A stretch of DNA of 34,660 bases, from NCBI GenBank assembly GCA_023544495.1, contig JAMJFV010000002.1:1-34660 (forward strand), in the 5' to 3' direction. Below are positions 9,036-17,666 of the stretch, piece by piece. Under the pieces are notes generated by a model, which did not search any database, was not told the origin of the DNA, and was given only the letters and a program-made list of their open reading frames with translations. Each line of letters starts with the position of its first letter. Positions within the stretch are counted from its first letter, which is position 1. Source of the stretch: ANME-2 cluster archaeon (GTDB taxonomy: Archaea > Halobacteriota > Methanosarcinia > Methanosarcinales > Methanocomedenaceae). Made by a program: the position numbers and the translations under genes.

Positions 9036-9895
9036 CAGGACAATATACATCATTTTCATTAAAGGAGGCCGGGGTTGAAATAGGAGAAAGTATCACTCTC
9101 ATGATGAAGATGGGCAGGAGTGGGAGCTATCCAGCTTCAAACATCCAGAAGGGGCTAGTACTTGTGTTCAGGGGTACAGATCTGTCCGAGGAGGGTATCG
9201 GGTTCGGAGTACCTCTGATCAGGTGCGGGTGGGAAGCGGTTTTCCCTGGTTCTGCCTGTATAACTCTTAAAAGAGAGGGGGACAGGACGGTAGTGAACAC
9301 TGACTACGACCTGAGGCTGGTAGAAAGGATGATAGTGAAAGAAAAAAAAAGAATAGAAAGCAGAACATTCTATAGAATAACAGGATATCTGTCCACACTG
9401 CACCGTAATTGTCCTCCCTTAAGAAAGATCCTCGCTTTGTCCTCAGGTATAGTACGGCGCATAACCGGAATGAATAACCAGTTTGAGGTCTGTAACTCCC
9501 GGGGGATCGTGAAAGTGGTCTACACCATTGAGCCCGGAGTGGGGTTGATTCATGTCAGTGTCGATGCCAGTGGAGTGAAGGAATGTGAAACCAAGGAGAT
9601 CATGATCATGAACGAACAGGGGGCCAGTCACTTCGAACAGTACACGGATACATGTGGAATAGCTCTTACGGGAGATGAAATAGGGACGTGGGATGAGACA
9701 TTTGCGGATGAAGCATCGTTCATAGATTGCAGGAATAATATCGAATTCACGCTCCAGAATGTGAAAGGTGCACGGGTGTTCAGGGGGAGGGAGCATGTTC
9801 CCGGACGTCTTGCCTGGGCAGGACTTGCCTGTGTTCTGCCTCGGTCAAAAGCCTGTTTCACCTACAGCATCAGGGTTGGGAGACACCGTGTATGA
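9032..9895 (+). CDS. Hypothetical protein
   Basis: Long ORF; start at ATG 9032 gives ATGA overlaps with both neighbouring genes. Confidence 0.7.
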   Translation: MTGQYTSFSLKEAGVEIGESITLMMKMGRSGSYPASNIQKGLVLVFRGTDLSEEGIGFGVPLIRCGWEAVFPGSACITLKREGDRTVVNTDYDLRLVERMIVKEKKRIESRTFYRITGYLSTLHRNCPPLRKILALSSGIVRRITGMNNQFEVCNSRGIVKVVYTIEPGVGLIHVSVDASGVKECETKEIMIMNEQGASHFEQYTDTCGIALTGDEIGTWDETFADEASFIDCRNNIEFTLQNVKGARVFRGREHVPGRLAWAGLACVLPRSKACFTYSIRVGRHRV

Positions 9896-11274
9896 CATCT
9901 GTGCTTCTTATTTATCCCTATTTTGATAAAAAGTATAACAGATCGATCTTTCGATTTCCACCACTGGGTATTGGTTATGTGGCTGCCAGCCTCAGAGATG
10001 CAGGATACCATGTTGACATCATGGACTGCACTTTTATGGACAGGGATGATGCCATGGAAAAAGCAGTGAGATCCTGCCCGGATGTTATAGGTATATACAG
10101 CATGGTGACAATGCGGGAGGACAGCCTCAGATTTGCACAACATCTGAGGGGCAGTTGTGATCTTCTTGTGGCGGGAGGCCCTCTGCCTTCTTCTGATCCT
10201 GCGGCTTTTCTCCCTGAGTTCGATATTGTGCTCAGGGGAGAAGGTGAACATGTCATGGTAGATATCCTGCGTTCTTATGAAAGCGGTGATGATCCGGCGT
10301 CTGTACCGGGGATCGTGTACTGCAGGGGAAATAACGGCCGGACAACGAGCAGTGAAAACAATGATGAGATCGTTTTCACCGGTACGAGTGCAATGGAACC
10401 CGACCTTGACAGCATTTCTTTTCCTGCACGAGATCTGCTGCCGAACGATACCTATATCGAATACTGGAAAAAGAGGTTCGGATATGCTGCCACCACTGTG
10501 ATTACAACCAGGGGCTGCCCGTTTGCCTGTGAGTTTTGCAGTAATGCTGTTTTTGGTGTTTCCTACCGTGAAAGATCACCAGAGAATGTGATCGATGAAG
10601 TTGAACAGGCGCTCTCACTGGGGTATGATCATATCCACTTTGCCGACGACGTATTCACACTCAATAAGGAGAGGATTATCAGGATATGCACCGAGATAAT
10701 GAAGAGAGATCTCTGCTTTACCTGGGAATGTCTGGGCAGAGTGGATTCAATGGACCAGGAGATAGCATCTGCCATGAAGTCTGCCGGCTGTAACAGGATA
10801 TTCTTCGGAATCGAATCCGGCAGTAATCCAGTACTGGAAATGATGAACAAAAAGATTACTGTGGATCAGGCCCTCAGGGTGGTCAATGCAGTGCATTCAG
10901 CCGGAATCATGACAGGAGCCTTTTTTATCCTCTGTTATCCGGGGGAAACAGACAGTACTGTTCTGGATACACTGAGATTCTCAACATCCCTCCCCCTCGA
11001 CTACCTCTCCTTCACGATGCCGTATCCGCTTCCGGGCACTGCTCTTTATGAACGGGTAAAAGACAGGATTATCATGGAATGGGAGGCACCGGAAGGTCCT
11101 GCATCAGATCATGTCCTTACGTATAATGCCGACTTCTCAGAATCTAAAATGAAATTCGCCATTCTAAAAGGCCAGGTTCAGTTCGGGATCAGGAAGAGGT
11201 TCGGGAAATTATCCTTTTTCGTCGTAAAACCATTTGAGATACTAACTGATACTGTTTTCAGGCTTTTAAGGTGA
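9892..11274 (+). CDS. Cobalamin-binding domain radical SAM protein
   Basis: PPLGIGYVAASL, GGPLPS, GEGE (B12-binding domain); TTRGCPFACEFC (CxxxCxxC); FADDVF; GIESG; PLPGT. Confidence 0.92.
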   Translation: MTSVLLIYPYFDKKYNRSIFRFPPLGIGYVAASLRDAGYHVDIMDCTFMDRDDAMEKAVRSCPDVIGIYSMVTMREDSLRFAQHLRGSCDLLVAGGPLPSSDPAAFLPEFDIVLRGEGEHVMVDILRSYESGDDPASVPGIVYCRGNNGRTTSSENNDEIVFTGTSAMEPDLDSISFPARDLLPNDTYIEYWKKRFGYAATTVITTRGCPFACEFCSNAVFGVSYRERSPENVIDEVEQALSLGYDHIHFADDVFTLNKERIIRICTEIMKRDLCFTWECLGRVDSMDQEIASAMKSAGCNRIFFGIESGSNPVLEMMNKKITVDQALRVVNAVHSAGIMTGAFFILCYPGETDSTVLDTLRFSTSLPLDYLSFTMPYPLPGTALYERVKDRIIMEWEAPEGPASDHVLTYNADFSESKMKFAILKGQVQFGIRKRFGKLSFFVVKPFEILTDTVFRLLR

Positions 11275-11312
11275 TTATGCCAGGGGTAGAAGAGTAACAA
11301 TCATTGTGCTGT

Positions 11313-11726
11313 TCATACTGACGCCACAAATTCAAGTACTCTGTCGCGAAGTTCATCTATATCCCCATAGCTCAGGGCATCAACCTCCTTATTCCCCAAC
11401 ACCATGGCAGACACCTTGGCCCCCTGTTCATATACACAGAGCACAGGTTTCTTCAGACCTACAGCAAGGCATATCTCATATCCGACACCTGTTGAAGGTA
11501 CGCTCACCTCTGCCACCATGCAGTCACACCGCTCGATACCGTCCATATCCCTCAGAAAGATCTCTTCCTCGGTCATGTCTTCTTCCCGGGAGAACACGTT
11601 TTTCTCTGCTACATGTTCACTCAGGACCTCCAATCCCGCATCTATCATCACATCAGCCATGAACCTGTACATTCCAGCCAACCTCCGTCCCCCGCGTATA
11701 GCGCCTGAGAGGAACACCCGCCTCAT
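11313..11726 (-). CDS. Nucleoside 2-deoxyribosyltransferase / DNPH1(Rcl)-like nucleotide N-glycosidase
   Basis: FLSGAIRGGR, VLSEHV, IFLRD, VAEVSVPSTGVGYE, VSAMVLG match the Rcl/DNPH1 pattern. Confidence 0.85.
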   Translation of the reverse strand: MRRVFLSGAIRGGRRLAGMYRFMADVMIDAGLEVLSEHVAEKNVFSREEDMTEEEIFLRDMDGIERCDCMVAEVSVPSTGVGYEICLAVGLKKPVLCVYEQGAKVSAMVLGNKEVDALSYGDIDELRDRVLEFVASV

Positions 11727-14344
11727 TACAATACACCCCTGAAATAATGGCCTGAGGTCAGGCCGCTGGTAAACATCTGCTTCACCTGTGCCAGGTACTC
11801 GCTCCCATCGAACTGTTCTCCCGCTGCAATGCAGGAATCAAGGGCCTGCCTGTAGAGCCCCGTAATCTCGCTCACCTGCGCATTATTATATCGATGTGCA
11901 TCGATCCTTAATGATCTGGCACCCGCATCCAGCACACCCGGCAGGCGGTCTATCATGCACAGTTCCCGGGAATTGTACACATGCGTCCTGCACCTGCTGT
12001 CCTGCTCGACTGGGAACGTGAATTTCTTCTCATCCCTGATGGCATAGGGAACATCACACAGTCTTTCGACCCTGAATCCACGAACGTCATTCTTATCTCT
12101 CTTAGGATTATCACATCCTTTGATCCCCCCGATGAGGCAATGTTCAGATACCATCAACTGCACACTCCCCTGCACAACACATTCAATATTGTACCCTTCA
12201 GACATGCCCGCTATCTCCTCAAGGGTAAGTTCAGGCGAAATAGTAATGCTGCCCGCTCCCATATCGGTCAGGACATCCAATGTATGGCGGTTGAAAGCAT
12301 TCGCAGGATAGTCCACTGCCAGTGCAATGTCCATATCCCTGAACATGTATAGCTGGTCCGGTGCAGCCGCAAGTATACCGTCAATCGTGCTCAATCCCCT
12401 GACCGTGTTAATGACCAGGTCTGCCTCGCTGTCCTTTATAATATCCGGCAACCGGATAAATACGGTTGCACCTGCCAGATGTGCTTTCGTTATCGCGGCA
12501 TCGGTCAGGGGTATATTCCCGGTGATGCCCTCACTATCAAGATAAACCCTATCAGCACCGGCTGACACAGCGGTATGGACGCCATCAGGTCCGGATACCC
12601 GAACGGACAATAGTGGTCTGGCGGCTTCGTTACTATTTGCATGAAGGATAGTACCGGATCGGAGTATATCGGATCGGAGTGTATCGGATAGAGGTGTATC
12701 GGATAGAGGTGTATCGGATAGGGGTATATCGGATAGGAGTGTATCGGATGGAAGCGTATCGGATCGGAGTGTATCGGATGGGGGTATATCTGAGAGGAGT
12801 GTATCGGATACTTTTGTTTTACATGTGCGCCGATATTTTTCTACACGCAGTTGCGCAAGCTTATCCACAGCCTCGCGCCTCACAGAATTTATGACACCTA
12901 TGGGTATGAAAATATTCTCATCCTTCTGTATGTCAACATTTTCAGCCGCAAACACGGTATCACCCAATTTGCTGACCCGTACCTTCATACCCTTTTCATC
13001 CAGCGGCCGCTGCCTTGCAGATGAAACGACGGTATCCGATACTGCCCGGGCTATTGATCCATCCCTGTCAGTTAGCTTTATCAGTAATTCTTTCCCGGCC
13101 ATTGCCTCCACTTCAATATCCACCGGGACCTTTCTCTGGATCGAATGGTATGTCTGGGTTATCCATTCCATCAGCACAGGGTCAAAGTTCCTGTACACAG
13201 GAGTACCGTTGGGAACCGGTGTGTCAAAAGTAAAACTTACTGTGGAACCAGCCGATCCCGTGTCGATCTTCTCTCTTCCTATCCATAATGTGTTGACAGT
13301 TGTGCCAGTATCGCCGATCGAGACTCCATCACCCTGATTGAGGGGGACATCCAGCTTCACAGACACTCTACCACGCCCACCACCGCCGTATCCGGTCACA
13401 CGTCCTATCAGCGTACCGCGATTACCAGACTTATCCATGCTCATAAGAGAACTGCCAGGATCACCTGCCATATACCCTTCTGTGAATCCCCTGCTGAATA
13501 TGGTCTCAAGACGCTGCTGTTCTTCTGGTGTAATAGTGGCATCCGGGTCACGGGAAAACCTGTCCAGGATATCCCTGTAGGTCTTTGTGACCGCAGCTAC
13601 ATATTCAGGACGTTTCATGCGCCCTTCTATCTTCAGGGAATCAACGCCTGCTTCCATCAGGTCATGCAGCCGGAAGGACAGGTTGAGGTCCTTTGGACTC
13701 AACAGGTATCCGGTACTGTTCCTGCGCCCAGGCAATTCATACAATTTCCTGCATGGTTGCGCACAGTGTCCACGGTTACCGCTTCTGCCGCCCATGAGAC
13801 TGCTCATAAGGCACCTGCCCGAATAGCAGATACATAATGCTCCGTGTACAAAAACCTCAAGTTCGATATCTGTGCCCGAACGGACAGACCGTATCTCGTC
13901 AAGGCTCATTTCCCTGGAAAGCACTGCCCGTTTCACTCCCAGGTCCCGGAGCATTCGTGTTCCTGAGCTATTATGGATGGTCATCTGCGTACTTGCAGTG
14001 ATGGGCAGACCGGGCATGTGTCTCCTGAGCATCCTCAGCAATCCTATATCCTGGACGATCACAGCATCTGCCCCGTGAATGCAGAGCTGTTCCAGATACG
14101 CTGTGGCATCACTGAGTTCACGGTCCTTCAAAAGAGTATTGACAGTAATATAGGCCGGGACATCTCTCTGGTGGGCAAAATCAATTGCCTTCAGTAATCC
14201 CTCTGTGTCAAAATTATCGGCCGATTGTCTGGCACTGAACTCCTTTGCTCCCAGATAGACTGCATCTGCTCCGTTCTCCACAGCCGCTTTCAATGATTCC
14301 ATACTGCCGGCAGGGGACAGCAATTCCGGTGTTTTACGATTCAT
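11726..14344 (-). CDS. Peptidase U32 family protein, long RlhA/DUF3656 type (probable Fe-S RNA hydroxylase)
   Basis: PELLSPAG, GADAVYLG, EVFVHGALCICYSGRC, NRGHCAQPCR, LSPKDL, SLKIEGRMK, second barrel ending SGHYFRGV. Confidence 0.9.
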   Translation of the reverse strand: MNRKTPELLSPAGSMESLKAAVENGADAVYLGAKEFSARQSADNFDTEGLLKAIDFAHQRDVPAYITVNTLLKDRELSDATAYLEQLCIHGADAVIVQDIGLLRMLRRHMPGLPITASTQMTIHNSSGTRMLRDLGVKRAVLSREMSLDEIRSVRSGTDIELEVFVHGALCICYSGRCLMSSLMGGRSGNRGHCAQPCRKLYELPGRRNSTGYLLSPKDLNLSFRLHDLMEAGVDSLKIEGRMKRPEYVAAVTKTYRDILDRFSRDPDATITPEEQQRLETIFSRGFTEGYMAGDPGSSLMSMDKSGNRGTLIGRVTGYGGGGRGRVSVKLDVPLNQGDGVSIGDTGTTVNTLWIGREKIDTGSAGSTVSFTFDTPVPNGTPVYRNFDPVLMEWITQTYHSIQRKVPVDIEVEAMAGKELLIKLTDRDGSIARAVSDTVVSSARQRPLDEKGMKVRVSKLGDTVFAAENVDIQKDENIFIPIGVINSVRREAVDKLAQLRVEKYRRTCKTKVSDTLLSDIPPSDTLRSDTLPSDTLLSDIPLSDTPLSDTPLSDTLRSDILRSGTILHANSNEAARPLLSVRVSGPDGVHTAVSAGADRVYLDSEGITGNIPLTDAAITKAHLAGATVFIRLPDIIKDSEADLVINTVRGLSTIDGILAAAPDQLYMFRDMDIALAVDYPANAFNRHTLDVLTDMGAGSITISPELTLEEIAGMSEGYNIECVVQGSVQLMVSEHCLIGGIKGCDNPKRDKNDVRGFRVERLCDVPYAIRDEKKFTFPVEQDSRCRTHVYNSRELCMIDRLPGVLDAGARSLRIDAHRYNNAQVSEITGLYRQALDSCIAAGEQFDGSEYLAQVKQMFTSGLTSGHYFRGVL
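12644..12808 (-). repeat. In-frame 15-bp tandem repeat, 11 units, encoding SD[T/I]xx pentapeptides
   Basis: Recurrent GTATCGGAT core every 15 nt; translates SDTLL SDIPP SDTLR SDTLP SDTLL SDIPL SDTPL SDTPL SDTLR SDILR SGTIL. Confidence 0.95.
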
Positions 14345-14405
14345 ACAATTTCCTGTTCCTCATAACAAGATGGAAAGATATAAGAGTGTCTAAAAATAAG
14401 ACTAA

Positions 14406-14660
14406 ATGAAGGTGAATAACGTGCTAAAAGAATTAGTCGATTCAGAGTTAAAATTATATTACCTGGCCCTGGCAACAGCAATAGTGGCTGCCTTTATGGG
14501 CATCACATTTCTTATATTCAAGTCAACATCCACACTGGTGATGATGATGTCCGGTATTCTTATCTTTATAGCTGCAATTATTATCCTGGTGGTTGCTGTA
14601 TACCTTGATTATATCGAGGGCAGGTTTAACACTTCGTATCAATACAGTTCCGGAAGATAA
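14406..14660 (+). CDS. Small two-TM membrane protein
   Basis: 84 aa with two hydrophobic helices; divergent from the U32 gene. Confidence 0.6.
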   Translation: MKVNNVLKELVDSELKLYYLALATAIVAAFMGITFLIFKSTSTLVMMMSGILIFIAAIIILVVAVYLDYIEGRFNTSYQYSSGR

Positions 14661-14756
14661 AGATCAAGTAGTCACTGTTTGATAGTGCAAGAAGTATTAC
14701 TCTGTATCAGTACATAAGGTAACCTTGTGTAGAAGGCACAATTGGAAGTAACCTAC

Positions 14757-15914
14757 ATGCCTGTCGACCCTATCTGCAAACGTGAAGTCCCACTGACAAC
14801 TCCGTATATTACCGAATCAGAAGGACAAACATATTATTTTCATGATCCTGAATGCAAAAAGAAATTCGATGACATGGCAAAGAACATTGTCAGGGTCAAA
14901 CGCAGCCTGAAAGATAAAGAGAAGATATCATTCGGACGGCTGCGAAAGGATATTATCAAAGCAGGTATCTGTGCGGCATGTGGCGCCTGTGCTGCCAGCT
15001 GTCCCTCCATAATCATGGATGGCGAAAAGCCCAAGCTGATAGGGCCGTGTACAGCCTGCAGTATCTGCTACAACCAGTGTCCCCGCACCATTACCACCGA
15101 GAACGGGCTTATCGGCAGGATACGATATCCCTATGCAGCCCGGTCGACCATAAAAGAGATCAGGGGACAGGACGGGGGTGTGGTCACGGCCCTGCTGGCC
15201 TATGCACTGGAGGAAGGCCTCATAGACTGTGCCATCGTGACAGTAAAATCCAGGGATGACCCCTGGAGACCCGTACCTGTCATTGCCACAACCCTCGATG
15301 AATTGATGGAGTCTGCCGGCAGCATCTACACTCACAGTATGACCATCCAGGCCCTTATGAACGCTGTCCAGCAGGGTATGCGGAGTATTGCTTTCGTGGG
15401 ACCATCCTGCAATATCGATGCGGTCTATAAGATATACAAAAGCCCTTACGGATTGCTGCACATGTTCATGCGTGCCAATATTCTTCCCCTGGGCTTGTTC
15501 TGCATGGACACGTTCTCCCATGAAGGTATTGAAGAGTTTGTTGCATCCAAGAACATAAAACTGTCCGAAATTGAGAGCATGAAGATACGGCGGGGAAAGA
15601 TCGAACTGGAAACTGGCGGGGAGACCATGGTGTACTACCTCGGTGAACTTGATCCTTACCGGAGTTCTTCATGCAAGTACTGTACCGACCTGACTGCCGA
15701 GAATGCGGCTATCAGTTTTGGGGGTGTTGGCACTCCTGACGGCTGGACCACGGTATTTACCAGGACTGGCCGGGGGTACGAAATATTCAACGAGGCGGTA
15801 GAGGCTGGTTATATCGAATCCAGGGACCTTGAAGAAAAGGAGATGACAAGGGTATTGAACCTTGCCAGGATGAAAAAGGTCCAGAAGTATGGCGTCATGC
15901 GCAGGGAAAAATAA
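14757..15914 (+). CDS. Coenzyme F420 hydrogenase/dehydrogenase beta subunit (FrhB/FdhB/FpoF family) with N-terminal YHS domain
   Basis: YHS-like DPIC...YYFHDPECKKKF; two ferredoxin motifs CAACGACAASCP and CTACSICYNQCP; FrhB motifs GQDGGVVTALL, VGPSC, GLFCM, CKYCTD, SFGGVGTPDGW. Confidence 0.88.
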   Translation: MPVDPICKREVPLTTPYITESEGQTYYFHDPECKKKFDDMAKNIVRVKRSLKDKEKISFGRLRKDIIKAGICAACGACAASCPSIIMDGEKPKLIGPCTACSICYNQCPRTITTENGLIGRIRYPYAARSTIKEIRGQDGGVVTALLAYALEEGLIDCAIVTVKSRDDPWRPVPVIATTLDELMESAGSIYTHSMTIQALMNAVQQGMRSIAFVGPSCNIDAVYKIYKSPYGLLHMFMRANILPLGLFCMDTFSHEGIEEFVASKNIKLSEIESMKIRRGKIELETGGETMVYYLGELDPYRSSSCKYCTDLTAENAAISFGGVGTPDGWTTVFTRTGRGYEIFNEAVEAGYIESRDLEEKEMTRVLNLARMKKVQKYGVMRREK

Positions 15915-15918
15915 CAGG

Positions 15919-16251
15919 TCAACCGAATATGCCCAGGAAATCCTTGAGTTCGGACAGTCTCTGCGGCACTCGTTCTTCTATAACCTCAATAAATGCGTTC
16001 GTATCCCCTTCTGCCAGCCCCCTGGTGTCCTCCTGCGCTTTGAGGCCAAGGTCCAGCAGGTATTCCAGTTCCTCATCGGTGAGCCGGAGCAAGCGCTCCT
16101 TAAAATCTTCACTCGACTCGGCCACCTTGTGGGACAGAGGGCGCAGGATGAACAGGTACTGGTGACCGGCCGGGGAATTCAGGTTGCCTTCCATTTCGGG
16201 AGCCAGCTTGTTGAAAATGTCGATGTCTTTTTGGCTGAATTCTCTTGACAT
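15919..16251 (-). CDS. Hypothetical acidic protein
   Basis: MSREFSQKDIDIFNKLAPE...; helical, acidic, convergent with the FrhB gene. Alternative TTG start at 16278. Confidence 0.65.
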   Translation of the reverse strand: MSREFSQKDIDIFNKLAPEMEGNLNSPAGHQYLFILRPLSHKVAESSEDFKERLLRLTDEELEYLLDLGLKAQEDTRGLAEGDTNAFIEVIEERVPQRLSELKDFLGIFG

Positions 16252-16616
16252 TAACAGTGAAATGGTGTTATTTGTCAATAGTATTTTCCCTTCTATGATG
16301 TGCCGGGTGTTTTTTTGGCTAAGCTTGTGATGCTTGTTCTAAGGGCAGGGCACAGAAAGAATATTTATAAACAATGAGTTTCTTTGGCCGGCTTTCATAA
16401 CCAAATCGCATGTACGGATTTTAACCTGCAGTAGGATGTTTTTTACTTTAGTTTATGGGTTGGTTTTCTTTCTTATGGTTTATGGTATGCCATCACGGAC
16501 CGGCCGGATTGGAAATCCGGGGCATCCCGGGACGGATGCTCGTGGTTCAAACATCCAGTTTTCTGGGTTTTTGCTTTTCTTTTCAGGTTAGATTTTTTTT
16601 CAAAAGCAGTTTTTAT

Positions 16617-16679
16617 TTAGCCTAAATATTCTAAGAACTTAATAAGTTCTTTGCCTTTGAATACAGGAAGTTTAGGCAT
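16617..16679 (-). pseudogene. hicA: HicA toxin, 5' remnant
   Basis: MPKLPVFKGKELIKFLEYLG* is a typical HicA N-terminus, truncated after 20 codons; its start overlaps the end of hicB. Confidence 0.75.
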
Positions 16680-16877
16680 TCTGAGCAACTTCTATTTATC
16701 TAAATCCTACAAATTTATTTAACTCTTCGAGGCATATCTCTACGACTTCTTTTATGTTCTCCAGGGCTTCGTCTATAGTCTCACCGTAGGAATGGCCACC
16801 TTTGAAGTCTGGGCAACTTACTATATATAACCATCTTCGTCAACTTCAATTATTATTGGCAGATGTAATGTTTCCAT
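16672..16877 (-). pseudogene. hicB: HicB antitoxin, frameshifted and with a premature stop
   Basis: METLHLPIIIEVDEDGY / frameshift / IVSCPDFKGGHSYGETIDEALENIKEVVEICLEELNKFVGFR*IEVAQNA*. Confidence 0.85.
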
Positions 16878-16922
16878 ATCTGTTACTTCCTGTTAGATAA
16901 ACAGGTATTCAAATATTCAGAT

Positions 16923-17189
16923 ATTTCGCCTATTGCTGTAATCGATCTCTCCTCTGCTCTTCATATCAAAGCTTTTCCCTACACTTCTGAGCAGCGGATA
17001 GGTCTTATTACAGCGATAATAGTATTAGTAAGCGCGATTGCTGGATTAACTATAAAGAATAAGCATTCTCCGCGTAGGAAGATGGCTCATCTCTTGGTTG
17101 CTGCATTTGGATTAATCTTAACCTTCAATGCCCTGATTAGGCTTGTAAAAAACTTTATTATTTGCAGACTGGCTTTCGTAGAGGCTTGA
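16923..17189 (+). pseudogene. Possible 3' remnant of a membrane protein gene (no start codon)
   Basis: Open frame ...RIGLITAIIVLVSAIAGLTIKNKHSPRRKMAHLLVAAFGLILTFNALIRLV... with two TM-like helices; no ATG before the first helix. Confidence 0.3.
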
Positions 17190-17371
17190 TGGAAGTATGC
17201 TAAAACAATACCGAACAAGAGCGTTTTATTTTTGGTACGACAAGATATAAGAAAAAAAGAACTGCCACCTAAGGTTAACCCACAAACAATAGATAGAATC
17301 AGAATCATTATACTTAAATATGTTAGAGTTGTTTATTTTACCATCAGGATAAATAAAATTGGGGTGAAAAT

Positions 17372-17659
17372 ATGCAAAAAATGACTTTTGAACAGAATAT
17401 GGAAGCCATGAGTAAGATGACTCCTGAAGAAAGAGTAGCAAAAGTGGGGGAACTTACGAAGATTTGCATCTGTGCTGACTGCCCTACTTATGTTGGCACG
17501 GGAGAAAAGAGCTTATTATTCTGTGCAACCGAAAAAAGTAAAATAATAAAAAAAGAGAAAGGCTGTATCTGTCCGGGTTGCCCTGTTTATGAGAATATGG
17601 GTCTGAGATGGGATTACTATTGCACCAGAGGTTCTGGTAAAGAACAGGCTGGGAAATAA
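17372..17659 (+). CDS. DUF2769-family Cys-rich protein
   Basis: CICADCPTY...LLFC..EKS...GCICPGCPV...YYC..G. Confidence 0.8.
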   Translation: MQKMTFEQNMEAMSKMTPEERVAKVGELTKICICADCPTYVGTGEKSLLFCATEKSKIIKKEKGCICPGCPVYENMGLRWDYYCTRGSGKEQAGK

Positions 17660-17666
17660 TAACAGC

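Noticed and set aside
12644..12808. CRISPR array
   Set aside because: Units are 15-bp head-to-tail repeats without unique spacers, lie in frame within a gene, and no cas genes are present.
12679..12894. Plus-strand ORF with YRIGV repeats
   Set aside because: Antisense shadow of the minisatellite inside the U32 gene.
16488..16560. Functional tRNA-Ser gene
   Set aside because: Acceptor, D and T stems cannot be paired; kept only as a tRNA-like element under findings.
17087..17441. Minus-strand ORFs 17087-17308 and 17226-17441
   Set aside because: No motifs, and they overlap the promoter region and start of the DUF2769 gene.
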